A stretch of 63,435 nucleotides of DNA, filler included, from Octopus bimaculoides (Eukaryota): NCBI RefSeq assembly GCF_001194135.2. It is 4 parts of 3 records of this genome, joined end to end, with 100 filler letters (N's around TTAATTAATTAA, not from the genome) between each part and the next. Parts side by side here need not be neighbours in the genome. Positions count along the whole stretch, not along the records: positions 20,762 to 41,550 come from NC_068993.1; 3 more parts are not named here. The stretch is one strand, 5' to 3'. A program made the position numbers and the translations under genes. The notes under the pieces were generated by a model that ran no database searches, was not told where the DNA came from, and saw only the letters and a program-made list of their open reading frames with translations. This document shows, piece by piece, positions 25,402-38,130 of this stretch. Each line of letters starts with the position of its first letter. Position 1 is the stretch's first letter.

Positions 25402-25824
25402 GTGTAACAGTTAAAATAAACTAAAGGATATAGGTGTGTCTTTATTGGTAACATTACGCTTACACCTTGTTTCTATTACTTCTACTTCTATCAATCAGTT
25501 ATATCAGTTACTAAGATGTCTCTTCATTGGGAACAAGAAGAACGCTACAGAACCAACGCAGGAGTCTCTAAATGATTGCTCGATATTCGCTTTTTTCTCC
25601 TCTGTTGCGGTAATAACTGACCCACGCGAGATATTATTGCTCAGAGTAATAATATTTAACGCAATAAGTATTAAATAAATAATTAGGCCTAATAGTTATT
25701 ATTTTTAATTAGGTGTGTTAAGACTAACTTAAATACAATTCTTCGTTGATTATTTTTGACTGATTGTCTTCCAGCTTTCATATCAACGCAAATCTGTATA
25801 TATATATATATATAATAATATTTT

Positions 25825-26220
25825 CTTAAACAGGCACAAGGACAGACCTTTGGTGCGGTGGGAGAAGTTTTCCCTATGAAATTAGCCCTAGCACTCGACT
25901 ACTACTTTATTTTAACGATCCTGAAAGATTAAAAGGTAAAGTCGATCGCAGCTGGTTTAGATCTAAGAATGTTAACTACCGAACAAATACTCTCAAAGTA
26001 GTTTATCCGATGCTCTAACGATTCTGCCAATCCACCTTTCTTCCATTAGCTTAATGATATTTAATTATATCAATTATTATTGTCGAGTAGCTGAATTTGT
26101 TCCAACTCTTTACGGTCGGGGTTCAAATGCCAGCGATGCCAACTTTTCATTTAATCTTTCCGTAGATGATACTTCTCCAAATTTGAGGCTTTACACTTCC
26201 CATGTTAGAAAATGTTAGAA
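25825..26220. mobile_element. Two divergent SINE family A remnants (- then +)
   Basis: ctaacgattctgcc and ggggttcaaatgcc motifs. Confidence 0.6.
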
Positions 26221-26906
26221 ATTATTATTATTATTATCATTATTATTATTATTATTATTATTGAAAATTTTATATATTACGTGAGTAGGTAATGCTAGTA
26301 TTATCGGAAACTTTAGCGGCAGCGTTTTAGTTCAGAGTTCAGCAGTGTGCAATAATGATGTGTTGTGTGGTATGTTAGTGCATTTGATGTATGTATGTAT
26401 GTATGTAGATTGGTGCGATGAAAAATGTCAATCGAAAGCCAAGCTATCATGGAAAGCACTAATGTGTTCTAAAGTTGTGCAAAACGATAATGAAGAACAA
26501 CGATAAAACAAAAATTAACACACCAATTAAACAAATGATACATGTGATAGTTTTCATTTTCTATTTTTTAATTGTGTTTTGTTTTGTTTTGTTTTTTGTT
26601 CTTTTGCATGTTGTGCGGTTATATGCATCAAAGCGCGTGTGCGTGTATGTAGATGAGTGTATTTGTAGATGTGTGAATGCATATTGAGAAAACCAATAAT
26701 CAAATTGAAGCTTTCAATGATTTTACGAGAAATCGTTTGATAAAGTTATATATAGAGAAAACAATTCAATAAAATTTGATTATATTCTTCAAATTTGATT
26801 GACTAATTTAAACTCCATAATCAAACTAATATTAAGACAGAGTATTTCGATTTTTTTTGTCTCAGTACTTTCATTAAATCATTTCGTTCTTATTTTTCTT
26901 GCGCGC

Positions 26907-26944
<38 letters not shown>

Positions 26945-27133
26945 GGGATGTGCAGGAATTAAACAGATGCTTCTGGATCAATTTGTTTTTGTTCATTTAC
27001 TGATTATCTCTAATTTGGAAATTCCATGCCGGAAATGCTAAAACTTACACTTTTATACTTTTTAAATCAATAATGGAACTTATGGGATTCGACACCACTT
27101 TTTGATTTTTTTTCTGTCTCTCTTTCTTTCTGT

Positions 27134-27209
<76 letters not shown>

Positions 27210-28089
27210 ATTTTTTTTCTCTCTCTACTTTTCACTTTTTGTACATCTTTCTGCTTTGTTCCTGCTCAGCTCTGATTGAGCAACCACATGATCAAAGATT
27301 TTCTAACAATGATCATTTTGTATATGTCTATACGTATAACAGTGTGTCCTTAAGAAATTTTTAAAATCACAATTTATAATGAGAGAGAAATTAACGTGCT
27401 ATTTCTAGTGGGTCGAGCGACTGCATAAAAGCGCTTTCAAGTAAAAATAATGATAGTAATAAAGGAGCAATATTAAATAAATCGATTCCAATATATTTGG
27501 TTGCGAGATTTCTATTTATTTATTTCATTCATCTCCGACGGAGGGATTGAAAGACTGAAATCGACTCTCCGATGAGACTTGGAAACTAAAACAAGAGACA
27601 TCAAACCAGATATCAGAAAGCATCCGGTTTAGTGTATTATCATTTACGTCAAGAAATTTGAAGCCCAAAAGCTATCATGGAATTTTTTCGAAGGGAAAAA
27701 AAAATTGAAATCCATTTTTGGTAATTTTGAAAGTAGGTGTTGTTAGAACGATGCCAAAGACAAAAGAAGACGGTATTAGTCTCCAAATATTATTTTGTTT
27801 TATGATCTTCTGGGTGTATATTCTTTCCATAGTGTTTCGTTAGATTTATAATTGTATCGTCTGCTGTCAAGATGAAGTAGAGCGTATGTGTATATCCATT
27901 TATCCAAAGAATCCGAAATTTGTGTAATTCTCCAAATAACTTTTTTTTTTTCAAAACCATTGTGGAAAAAATCTTCAATTTGATTTCATTTCATTAATTT
28001 TTTTTTGTCCTTTAAAATCTTTTCATATATATCATCAATGTATAAGTTATATACATATATATATGTGTGTATTTATATGNNNNNNNNNN

Positions 28090-28125
<36 letters not shown>

Positions 28126-28250
28126 GATATATATTTTTTATATAGGCATATATATATTCACATATGTATATATATTTATACTTATATATATATATGTAGG
28201 TATGTGTGTATGACTATATACACATGTATGTATGTATATATGTATGTATG

Positions 28251-28284
<34 letters not shown>

Positions 28285-28591
28285 CATGCAAGTGTGTGTG
28301 TATGTGTGTGTATGTGTATGTGTGTGTGTGTGTGTGTGTGAGTGTGAGTGTGTGTGTGTGCATGATTCTGGCAAAAGCCTTACAAGAATGAAAACCACAC
28401 GAAAATTTAGAAAGTGGATCATTAAGTGATCAAAGAAATCAATAAGCGGTGATGATAGTCGCAATGTAAAGTAGCAATAGTAATAATTATAATAATAATA
28501 ATTAAAATGTCATAACAACGACAACAAAAAAAAACATTAATAGCAACGTCCATGAGTATTTCCGAAGTCGGAAAAAAAAAAAACAACTTAC

Positions 28592-28684
28592 CTCAGTCCT
28601 GCTTTGACTAGTTGGAGACTGACCCCTGTACACCTCATAACGACGATAAGTGCGTTTTACACTGATATCTGAATCTATGTCCAT
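28592..28684 (-). CDS. Candidate first coding exon of an unidentified gene (MDIDSDISVKRTYRRYEVYRGQSPTSQSRTE)
   Basis: Kozak-like gaaaccATGG; 31 codons; GAG|gtaagt donor (phase 0); no upstream ATG for about 180 nt. Downstream exons not found. Confidence 0.4.
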
Positions 28685-28859
28685 GGTTTCTGGTTTTAAT
28701 CGCTTGCTTACTCAAATAAACGAATTTCAATGAAAATAGACTTTCAATCTATTTATCTTTCAGCAATTTGAAGCCGAAATGGAGGGGGCTACAGCAAATA
28801 TTCAGCTGGCACAGAGCTTACCACCTGATAAAATTAGCAGACTAATCCGAACGCCCAAA

Positions 28860-28898
28860 AACTGATGTCTTAAATAGCTAAAGAGCTACGTATTTATA
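28860..28898 (-). promoter_or_regulatory. TATA box and Inr-like motif
   Basis: Reverse strand TATAAATA (28898-28891) and TCAGTT (28865-28860); spacing about 35 nt, slightly long. Confidence 0.35.
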
Positions 28899-28913
28899 CG
28901 GCAATGAGGGAAC

Positions 28914-28930
28914 GGCCACCAGGTGGCGCA
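28914..28930 (+). promoter_or_regulatory. CTCF-binding motif
   Basis: GGCCACCAGGTGGCGCA matches the canonical CCACCAGRKGGCGC core; binding untested. Confidence 0.6.
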
Positions 28931-29124
28931 ACCAACCGGTAGTCTTTTTTTATTCGTTTTCATGGCAAGGTGATGTGAAGATTTGGTATGGTAACACGAT
29001 AGTTCTTCAAGTCAAAGATGGTAAGGGCTGCTGCTGTTCTAGTTGATGTTGTGTGGGATGGGCAAGAAAGCAGGCAGAACTGTTTCTCTTACATTTTTTT
29101 TCCTCTGTTTCTTTCCTTCTTTCC

Positions 29125-29196
<72 letters not shown>

Positions 29197-29923
29197 CTCC
29201 CACCCCACTTTTTCCTTCACTTTCTCTTTCTCTTCCTCGTTACCTTTCCTCGTTAATTCTTGCTTACAAACGTAAACATCCAAGCACGCTGAACTTCACC
29301 ATAAGTCACATACAGAAAGGTACCTACCTACATCTAATGTAAAATACATACATACTTACACACACACATGCACACACATATATATACATATATATAGCAT
29401 GTGTGAGTAGTGCGGTATAATAGAATCACATTCCACAAAACGTACGCATGCATATGCACATACATGTACGTACCTACATACAATCACATATATTCGTAAT
29501 TGCTCAGTTATTAAAATAAAACACAAAACAAAAATATAAAACACAAACAAATACAACAACAACGCAACAAATTAAATAAAAGCTTTCTATCTTTATTCCA
29601 GAATCTTTTAAGTCTTTTCTTTACATTTTTTTATTTTCTACATTCCTTCCGTATGTCTTTTTCTAATCTAACTGTTGAGCTGTCTGTTATTTTGTCTGCC
29701 CCATCTTTCCGCTTGTCCGCCTATCCGTCTGTTATGTCAAACCTAACCTCTCCCCGTCGCCTCTTAATCTATCAGTGTGTCTATGTGTTAATCTATTTAT
29801 CATCTATTGTGTCCCATCCGTCGTGGGGCCACCGGGTTCTATCTTGCTAACATACATGCCTGTGTGCCTTACACATCCTAGCTATCAATTTATTTCCTTA
29901 TCTATCTATCTATCTATCTATGC

Positions 29924-29971
<48 letters not shown>

Positions 29972-30464
29972 TTAGTTGATTAACTATCATAGCACAAGAA
30001 CACACATACATGCATAGAAAAGATTATTATCACCAATACTATTAATATCCTCACAACACAAACTCACACACATATACACAGACTTTCTTTATTTTGTCCT
30101 GTACTGTCCATAATGTTTTACTTAATGTAAACCCTTGTGGTTGATAAAGAAATCATCATCATCATCATCATCATTATCATCATCATCATCATCATCATTA
30201 TCATCATCATCATCATCATCATTATTGTTATTCCTTCATAACACAGTGTAGGTAAAAATGCACCGGAGTCTATAGTCATCTGTCAAGTGTCACAACAAGG
30301 ACCTCAGACAGATAACGCTTTCCTTAAGATGTTCGTTCTATCTTGCACCGAGATGTGTTACATGCATGTTCAGTGTTTAATATCGGCGATGTTAAGATAC
30401 CATTTCAACTTTCCTTCCACAGTCAAGGAAGTGAAATACCAACCAAATTCTGTGAAGTGGCGTT

Positions 30465-31510
30465 AGGTGGGCGGCGATTAAAATTACTATAACCTACGAT
30501 CTCAGACAAAATGTTGTTAAGCATTTGGTCCAGCTTTCCGTTCAGGGTTCAAATTCCGCGGAGGTCAACTTTGCGTCTCATCCTTTCGGGATCGATAAAA
30601 AAAGTACCAGTCAAGTACTGAGATCGATGTAATCGTCTTCCCCTACCCTCAAAAACTGTTGGCCCTACGCTTAAATTTAAAACATTATTAAATAATTGGG
30701 GTCGAAGGTTGTTGGAGTGGTAGGTCGTCAGAGTGTTTCTTCCAGCTCTTTAAGTTCAAATCACGCCGAAGTTAACATTGCCTTTCATCTCCCACTCCAG
30801 GGTCGATTAAATAAAGTAACTGTTAAGTAGAGGGATCAATTCAAACGATTATCCTTTCTCCAAACTCTCAACCTCGTGCCTTTGTTAGAATTTATTATTA
30901 AAGAATGGTGTTTACTCTCCGAGTTCAAATTCCACCGAGGTCGACTTTGCGTCTCATCCTTTCGAGATCGATAAAAAAAAGTATCAGTCAAGTACTGGGA
31001 TCGATGTAATCGACTTCCCTACCCCTCAAAACTGCTGACTTTCTGCTGCCAAAATAAGAAAGGATTATTAAAGAATAGGGAACTGGCTGTATCGTTAGCA
31101 CGTCAGACAAAATATTTTGTGATATTTTTCCAGCTTTTTAGGTTCCAAGTTCAAATCACGCCGAGATCAACTTTGCTTTCATGTTTTTTAAGGTTGATAA
31201 AATAAACTATTAGTCAAGCAATTTCCTTTCTTGAGCCCCAGGACTCAAACGACTGATTATCCGGTTTCTATAGAGTATATGTGACCGAGATCACAATATT
31301 CCTCTTGAACGGGATGTTGGAGCATTTCAAGGTTCAAGGCCATTAATTTTGGAGAGAATGAACGAATCCTTTACATCGACCTCAGTACTTGACTGGCGCT
31401 TATTCTAGCGATTCCAAGGAGGTGAACGACAAAGTTAACACCGGTGACATTTGAACACAGAATGTAAACATTTGGGAGAAATGCCGCTAAGCATTTTTTT
31501 CCGACGTGCT
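30465..31510. mobile_element. Cluster of about 5 SINE family A copies (four +, then one -)
   Basis: Repeated gttcaaattcc/gttcaaatcacgccga...aaagtaccag...gatgtaatcgac blocks. Confidence 0.85.
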
Positions 31511-31799
31511 GACGATTCTGCCAGCTCACCGCCTTATCAATCGAGTTCCAGGGTCGATATAATCGACCTCTCACCAACCCTTGTGGTTCTGCTAGGAGCA
31601 ATTATTCAAGAATGGTTAGTAGAAGAAAAAGCAGAGCGATAGATTAAATAACATGCGGTATTCAGTTGTGTCCAGCCCACTCAGCTGGCCAAAATGAACG
31701 AAAATAGGAAACTGGAATTAGAATGTTGATGGAGAAATAACCAATACCTTAATTCAAGCAGTACAAGGTGGTGTTGAAGTGAGAAAGGGAAGAAAAGAA

Positions 31800-32215
31800 A
31801 CAACAGGTAAAAGGAGCTTCACTTCAATGCTGACACATGACTAGAAGAATTCCGCAACACTGCCAGCTACATACAGAAACGCTGACTACATTAGATGGAG
31901 GGTTTTTAAAAGACTGAGGTCATACATCAATGGGCCAAAGAAATGCAGACTTTGCACAAGAGAAAGCGGACACATTTTAAACAGATTAAAAATATTTTTG
32001 GAACTATCTGAACAATAAGAATGAAATACTAAAAAATATCCTCACGCAGATAAAGGATGTTGGCGCGGGGAAAATTCTGCCGTCGCCAAACTAGCCACTG
32101 CCTTCATAGGCGCTCGACAAACTCCATTCCGAATATTTTCAGCATTGGCAAACTTTGAACTAAAAAGATAACAGCACTTCCTTACTTTCAGACGAAGGGA
32201 AAGAACCCGAAGTCT
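31800..32215 (+). mobile_element. Penelope-like GIY-YIG C-terminal remnant with degenerate hammerhead
   Basis: YIRWRVFKRLRSYINGPKKCRLCT...NNKNEILK; cagacgaagggaaagaacccgaag at 32189-32212. Confidence 0.65.
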
Positions 32216-32224
32216 TAGATACTT

Positions 32225-32665
32225 CAGTCTTTACAACCAGTGTCGTGGATCACTAGGCCTAAAGCTCAGTTAAAATGTTTGCTCTCAGTCCAGCCTCCTG
32301 AGAAGATAGTAGCTGAGTGAGGCCACATGCGTAATGGGGAAAGTGACAGAGAGAAACTTGTCTCTGAAATGTCCGGCAGAAGTGACGAGCGCATACATCG
32401 CTTCTGTTACTTATTACTGCCTTGTTTTTTTCTGTTCCCGTGGAAGGAATGCATTCCAATTGTCAGAAGATCCATCTACTGCCAACATCCGCTGCACAGA
32501 GATTTATGTATGTTGTGATTGATAATGAACAAAATGCCCTGCGATTGCTATCTATGTAAAGATCCCTAGACGGTAAATTGTAACCACGTTTTCTTGCAGC
32601 TTATTTCCTTGGTAGAGCTGAAGTCCTGATTTAAACGAAGACAGAGGTTGATTAAGAGGCTGAAA
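32225..32665 (+). mobile_element. L1/Tx1 ORF2 fragment (post-RT region)
   Basis: KVTERNLSLKC.AEVTSAYIASVTYY; CIPIVRRSIYCQHPL; FLQLISLVELKS*FKRRQRL. Confidence 0.7.
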
Positions 32666-32689
32666 TCCAGACTATGAGCACTTGACATT

Positions 32690-33740
32690 TCCAGATGTAA
32701 GGCACCAGTCTTGTTCTTCATTTGACTCAGGACCACAGCTCCCTCAAGAAAATGAGCTGTGGAAAATCGTGCCTGGCAAAGGACAATCACACCTGCTCAC
32801 TATCTAGGAATATTTGCAGATGCCGAAGCCTTAATGCATGTCTGTGCATAAACAGCCACTACATACCGATCCCTCCGTCCAGAGGATGTTGATAGCGGTG
32901 GAATCGCTTGGCCAATGAATGCATCTCTTTTACAAGAAGTGAGAGAACAAACACCCCAACTTGGTTAGACGAGAAACAGGACAAGGCACGTCGGTAATAT
33001 ATAACGAAAGTGACAAATGCATCCGCCACCTTTTCTCAGCCAATTTATGGGTGAGACTGGCCGTCCTGCTCGTAATATCGCTCCATTTCGTATTCATAAA
33101 GATATTTCGACCAAACCAGACCCAGATAACTTAACAGTACCATCCGTCCAGTACCCCACGACGCTGTTCGACGGCATAGACTTTCCTCTTCGGGTGCCAA
33201 GCTGTAAGCCCACAGACTTGTCCTGATTAATTCTTGTTCCATCACAGTCTCATATTCCTTTAGATTGTTGCCGATTATATCGATTTCTGTAGTGCCCGTC
33301 CCTACTACGTGTCATCATCTGCATACGCCGATACAGATCTTCCATGTCTCAAACAAAACGGGATACCCCTCCACATCTCCAGTTTCCAAAGTAGTGACTC
33401 AAGGATCAGTACTTAGAGAAGAGATGAAAGAGGGCACCCTTGAAAGGTGACAGGCCAGAAGTATGATCTGTGATTTGAAACGGCTCCGATGGATGGCCAT
33501 TTACTCTGACCACTGAACGAGCACGTGAGAACAGGAGCAAAACTGGCTGCCTTGGGGATTGCTACTTAGTAGCGATGGTCGATCCCATCGAAAGCTTTCG
33601 ATTGATCCAAGTTGATCAGGGCCCAACCTAAGCTATGTTTAGTACCTATTCTTTCTAGGATGCATTGCGTGAGGTGGAGATTATCGTGGTTAGACAGAGC
33701 TGGAATTGCACACGTTGACGCTTTCCCGACTACGCTGCTA
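32690..33740 (-). mobile_element. L1/Tx1 reverse transcriptase pseudogene
   Basis: ALINLDQSKAFD, QGCPLS, SAYADD, FPQLIFLRELWS. Confidence 0.85.
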
Positions 33741-33774
33741 AAGACAAACACTAAAGAAAAAAAAAATAATATTT

Positions 33775-33985
33775 TAATGGCGGTGAATCGTCAGAACAGA
33801 GAGATAGTCAGATAAAATTCTTTACCTAATTAAGTTACACTTATTTAATTTCTAATTTCAACTCATGTCGAAGTTCACATCCATACTTCGCGTTTCGATA
33901 AAATAAAGTACCAGTTAGGAAATGGGGCCGATTTTAATCGATTGTAACCTTCCCCAAAATTCACTAAAATCACTTTGTACCAAGA
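33775..33985 (+). mobile_element. SINE family A, degenerate
   Basis: ggcggtgaatcg...cgataaaataaagtaccagtt...ccttccccaaaat. Confidence 0.65.
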
Positions 33986-35089
33986 TTAGAATTCGGTGTT
34001 TTAATGGAGGTAGAAGACTTGATCCGCCGCCATCTCGTACATGGGGTACCGTTAAAAGTGACTCTTCTATTGAAGGCATTATCTCAGTCATTTTCTTCTT
34101 TTCTTCCGCTAGTCTATGAGTCCCAGCAAAAAAATCCAGAATGATGTCCCATCTCTAAGTAAGCAATGAAAATAAAAAACAAACAAAAAAACAAGGTAAA
34201 GCTATACTAAAAATAAACAAAAATCTTAGAGTATTAAGTTTCGTCTTTCTTACTTCCGAGTTGAATTCCTACTGAGAAGGACATTTCATTCCAATGCAAT
34301 GCATTCGTTTATATTCTTGCAACCCTCTGCGTTTTAATATGAATTGGCTCGGTGCCTAACAATGACTTTTAATATCAATCTGCTGTACAGATACTCGACA
34401 AAAGTAACAATTTGGGTTCCTTTCAGGTCATTTTGATATTTGTCTGTGGCTTATCCCCCAACATAACCCCTGGTACACAGAAAAAAAGGAAAACACGCCC
34501 ACGTATGCAAATATACACACATACATTCACGTACACACACGCGCACACACACACATACACTCATAAATTACACACATATATTCACACAAACGCACGAACA
34601 TATATACATGCATGTATACATGCACGTATACATACATACATATACGCACAAACACAAACCCCCACACAAATAAACACACACGCACACACAAACACATAAT
34701 TCATGCACACACACGTACATTCACGTACCCACATACATACACACATACACACATACACAGACACATATGCATCAAGAGAAACAAGCACGAACACCGAGTC
34801 ACGCGCACGCACGCATTTTTCAAGCAGATCTTATTTGTCTGTTAATATTAACCTTCAAGATATTCTTCTCGCAATATAATCTCCTGCTTTAGACATCCAC
34901 ATTCTCTCTTTTAATTTATTATTAGCTTCCTCACAGCATTACTCACCGCATTACCAGAAGCATTAACTTCCAGTTACTAATACTCACCTCCTAACGCAAA
35001 CTATTTCTCGCCATTCAACCTAAATATTATTAAAACAAATTCTAAACACCTCCTGAACCATCAATTGTTAATGTAAAAATAATTTACCT

Positions 35090-35485
35090 TCATTACTATG
35101 TCAATTACCGATTCTCGATCGTTAAACATTAGCGTTCCAGCCACGTCAGTTTTCTTATCTATTATGAAGTTTTATATATCATGATGTTTATATATATATA
35201 TATATATATACNNNNNNNNNNNNNNNNNNNNNNNNNNNNNNNNNNNNNNNNNNNNNNNNNNNNNNNNNNNNNNNNNNNNNNNNNNNNNNNNNNNNNNNNN
35301 NNNNNNNNNNNATATACACGCGAAGGACTTCTTTCAGCTTCCGTCTACCGAATCCACTCACAATGCTTTAGTCAGCCCGAGGCTACAGTAGAAGACACCT
35401 GCCCAAGGTGCCACGCATTGGGACTGAACTCGGAACCATGTGATTGGAAAGCAAACTTCTTATCTCACGGTCACGACTGCTCCTT
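35090..35485 (-). mobile_element. SINE family B with internal (TA)n and gap
   Basis: Reverse complement of 59119-59600. Confidence 0.8.
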
Positions 35486-36824
35486 ATAGTTATAATTAAA
35501 TGCAAATAATTATAATTATATACAAATACTATAATGTCTATTAAATAATATTATCAAAAGTAGCTGTATTCGAATCAACGGTTAAAAAGCTATATCTTTT
35601 CCGGACAAAACTGATTACAATCTATTGGATTCCGATTTGAAGGCTTTTGAGACATAAATCTGTTAATAATAGCTGAAAAAGGGAAAATAGCTGATGTAGT
35701 TACAGCAAGAACGTTATTGATAAGTATGTTCAATGTAGCTGCCCAAGAACTAAGCAACAGCCACAACTAAAGCGAACTACAATAAAGTATATACATTAAA
35801 ACGAACCAATGAGGAGCTTTTATCTAGTCACTCAAACTTCTAAAAATAGCAGTCAAATCCTTCAATAAGAAAAGCCAGTTCGATAATATGGTGTCAGACA
35901 CTTTATGTGTGAATAAAATTCAGCAAATTTGATTGATCATTAAAATTCATCAAACTAATAGTTTTACGTTATCGCATGGACACTATAAGAGACCTTGTGT
36001 GCGCCAGACACAAGTACCAACATATCTCATTCGTTTTGTTTTAAAACCAAACACTAATGATTTTAGACAGTATATTTTTTTTAGTGATGCCATTCTCAAA
36101 CAAACTTTTCACACCTGATACCATCTTCCACTACGTATACTTTTTTTTCGGCTTTCTAGACAAAAAAAGGTAGTTTCTTTGAACGGATACGAAAAATGTA
36201 ATACTTTTTCTCCAGTGTCAGGTGCAACGTTGCACTTTCGGAATGTCTTTCTCTTTAGTGAATAGGAAAATATCTGTTGAATAGTAAATATCTGTTGAAG
36301 AAACAGATGAGATATTCTAGTGCCACCATTTTGAATGTTTGCCTTCCTTTTCAACACCTAAACACAGCTAACTTACTTCCGGTTTGGAACACAGCTTGTG
36401 TTTAATGGTGTGTTCACATATTAATAAACAATTTAGCATTGTTTTAGGCATAGCATAATGGCATGTCGGTTTAATAAATGATTTTATTTATTAAGTTTGT
36501 TTTTGTTTTTTTGTTTCTTTTCGTTTTTGCTTTTAATTCTACTTATATGNNNNNNNNNNNNNNNNNNNNNNNNNNNNNNNNNNNNNNNNNNNNNNNNNNN
36601 NNNNNNNNNNNNNNNNNNNNNNNNNNNNNNNNNNNNNNNNNNNNNNNNNNNNNNNNNNNNNNNNNNNNNNNNNNNNNNNNNNNNNNNNNNNNNNNNNNNN
36701 NNNNNNNNNNNNNNNNNNNNNNNNNNNNNNNNNNNNNNNNNNNNNNNNNNNNNNNNNNNNNNNNNNNNNNNNNNNNNNNNNNNNNNNNNNNNNNNNNNNN
36801 NNNNNNNNNNNNNNNNNNNNNNNN

Positions 36825-36863
<39 letters not shown>

Positions 36864-37269
36864 GTCAGTTGCAGGATTCATTTGAATCTTAGTATTTCAA
36901 CATGTAATTACTTCATTTTAAGTTTCTCCTGTCAACTCACCTAAAGATGGTGGCGGCGGGATGGCTTTAAATGTTGGGATATTTTTATGTGTAATTTATA
37001 AATATATAGGGGCTATGGACAAATATATAAAGTGTATATTTTTGCATGTGTGTACCTGTGAATGCATGTGCGCGTCAATTCGTCACCAAATCAAGTTAAA
37101 CATCCCGTTAACTGCGCCAAATCATCAGCGTTCAAATAGCGTCCAGTCGTTACATTTCGCGTAGATAACATATACATTCCTTTGTTAGACGGTAGTGTCT
37201 GAAATTAGGAGATTTGATTGCTATTTCCAGCAAGTTGTGCAACCGCCTAGAGATTCCACTATTAGCTTT

Positions 37270-38130
37270 CGTGTCTTGTTCAAGAATAGGCAAATCATTA
37301 GAGCGCTGGACGAAATACATCCAGTTACGTTAGGAGTTCAAATCCGACGGAGGTGAATTCAACTTTACATCTTTCTCAGAATCGTTTAAAGTACGGTACC
37401 AGTCAAGTACTGAGATCGATTCTTGTAATATGTATCCTATGTGTGAATGGAATAAGGCGGCGAGCAGGCAGCAGCGTTAGCTTACAGGCATTTTGTCTTC
37501 ATGCTCTGATTTCGAATTCCGTCGAGGTCGACTTTATCTTTCATTCCATTCGTGATCGATGAAATAAGTATCAGTTGAGCACTGGGGTCGATGTAATCGA
37601 TTTACACCCTTCTCCAAAATTGCTGGCCTTGTACCAAAATTTGAAACCAAAATGTGCCAAAATGTGAATGGAATTATAATAATCCTTTTTACTATCGGCG
37701 CAGGGTCTGAGATTTTGGCGAGAGGGGTTAGTCAGTACCATTGACCTCAGTGCTCCGTTTGGACTTATTTTATCGACCCCGAAAGGATGAAAGGCGAAGT
37801 TGACCTCGGCAGAATTTTAACACAGAACGTAAAGACGGACGAAATGCCGCTAAGCATTTTGCCCGGCGTGCTAACGATTCTGCCAGCTTGCTGCCCTAAT
37901 AATAATTACAATTCTTTCTACTGTAGGTACAAGGCCTGGAATTTTGGGGAAGCGGAGCAAATCGATTATATCGACCACAGTGTTTAACTGGTACTTATTT
38001 TATCGATCCCAAAAATATGCAAGGCAAACTCAACCCCGGTGAAATTTGAATTTGAACATAATGCCAAAAGAAATGACACTGAACATTTCGTTCGGCATGC
38101 TAAAGATTTTGCCAACTCGCTACCTTAATG
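37270..38130. mobile_element. Cluster of SINE family A copies (+ then -)
   Basis: Same motifs as 16231-16455 in both orientations. Confidence 0.85.
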
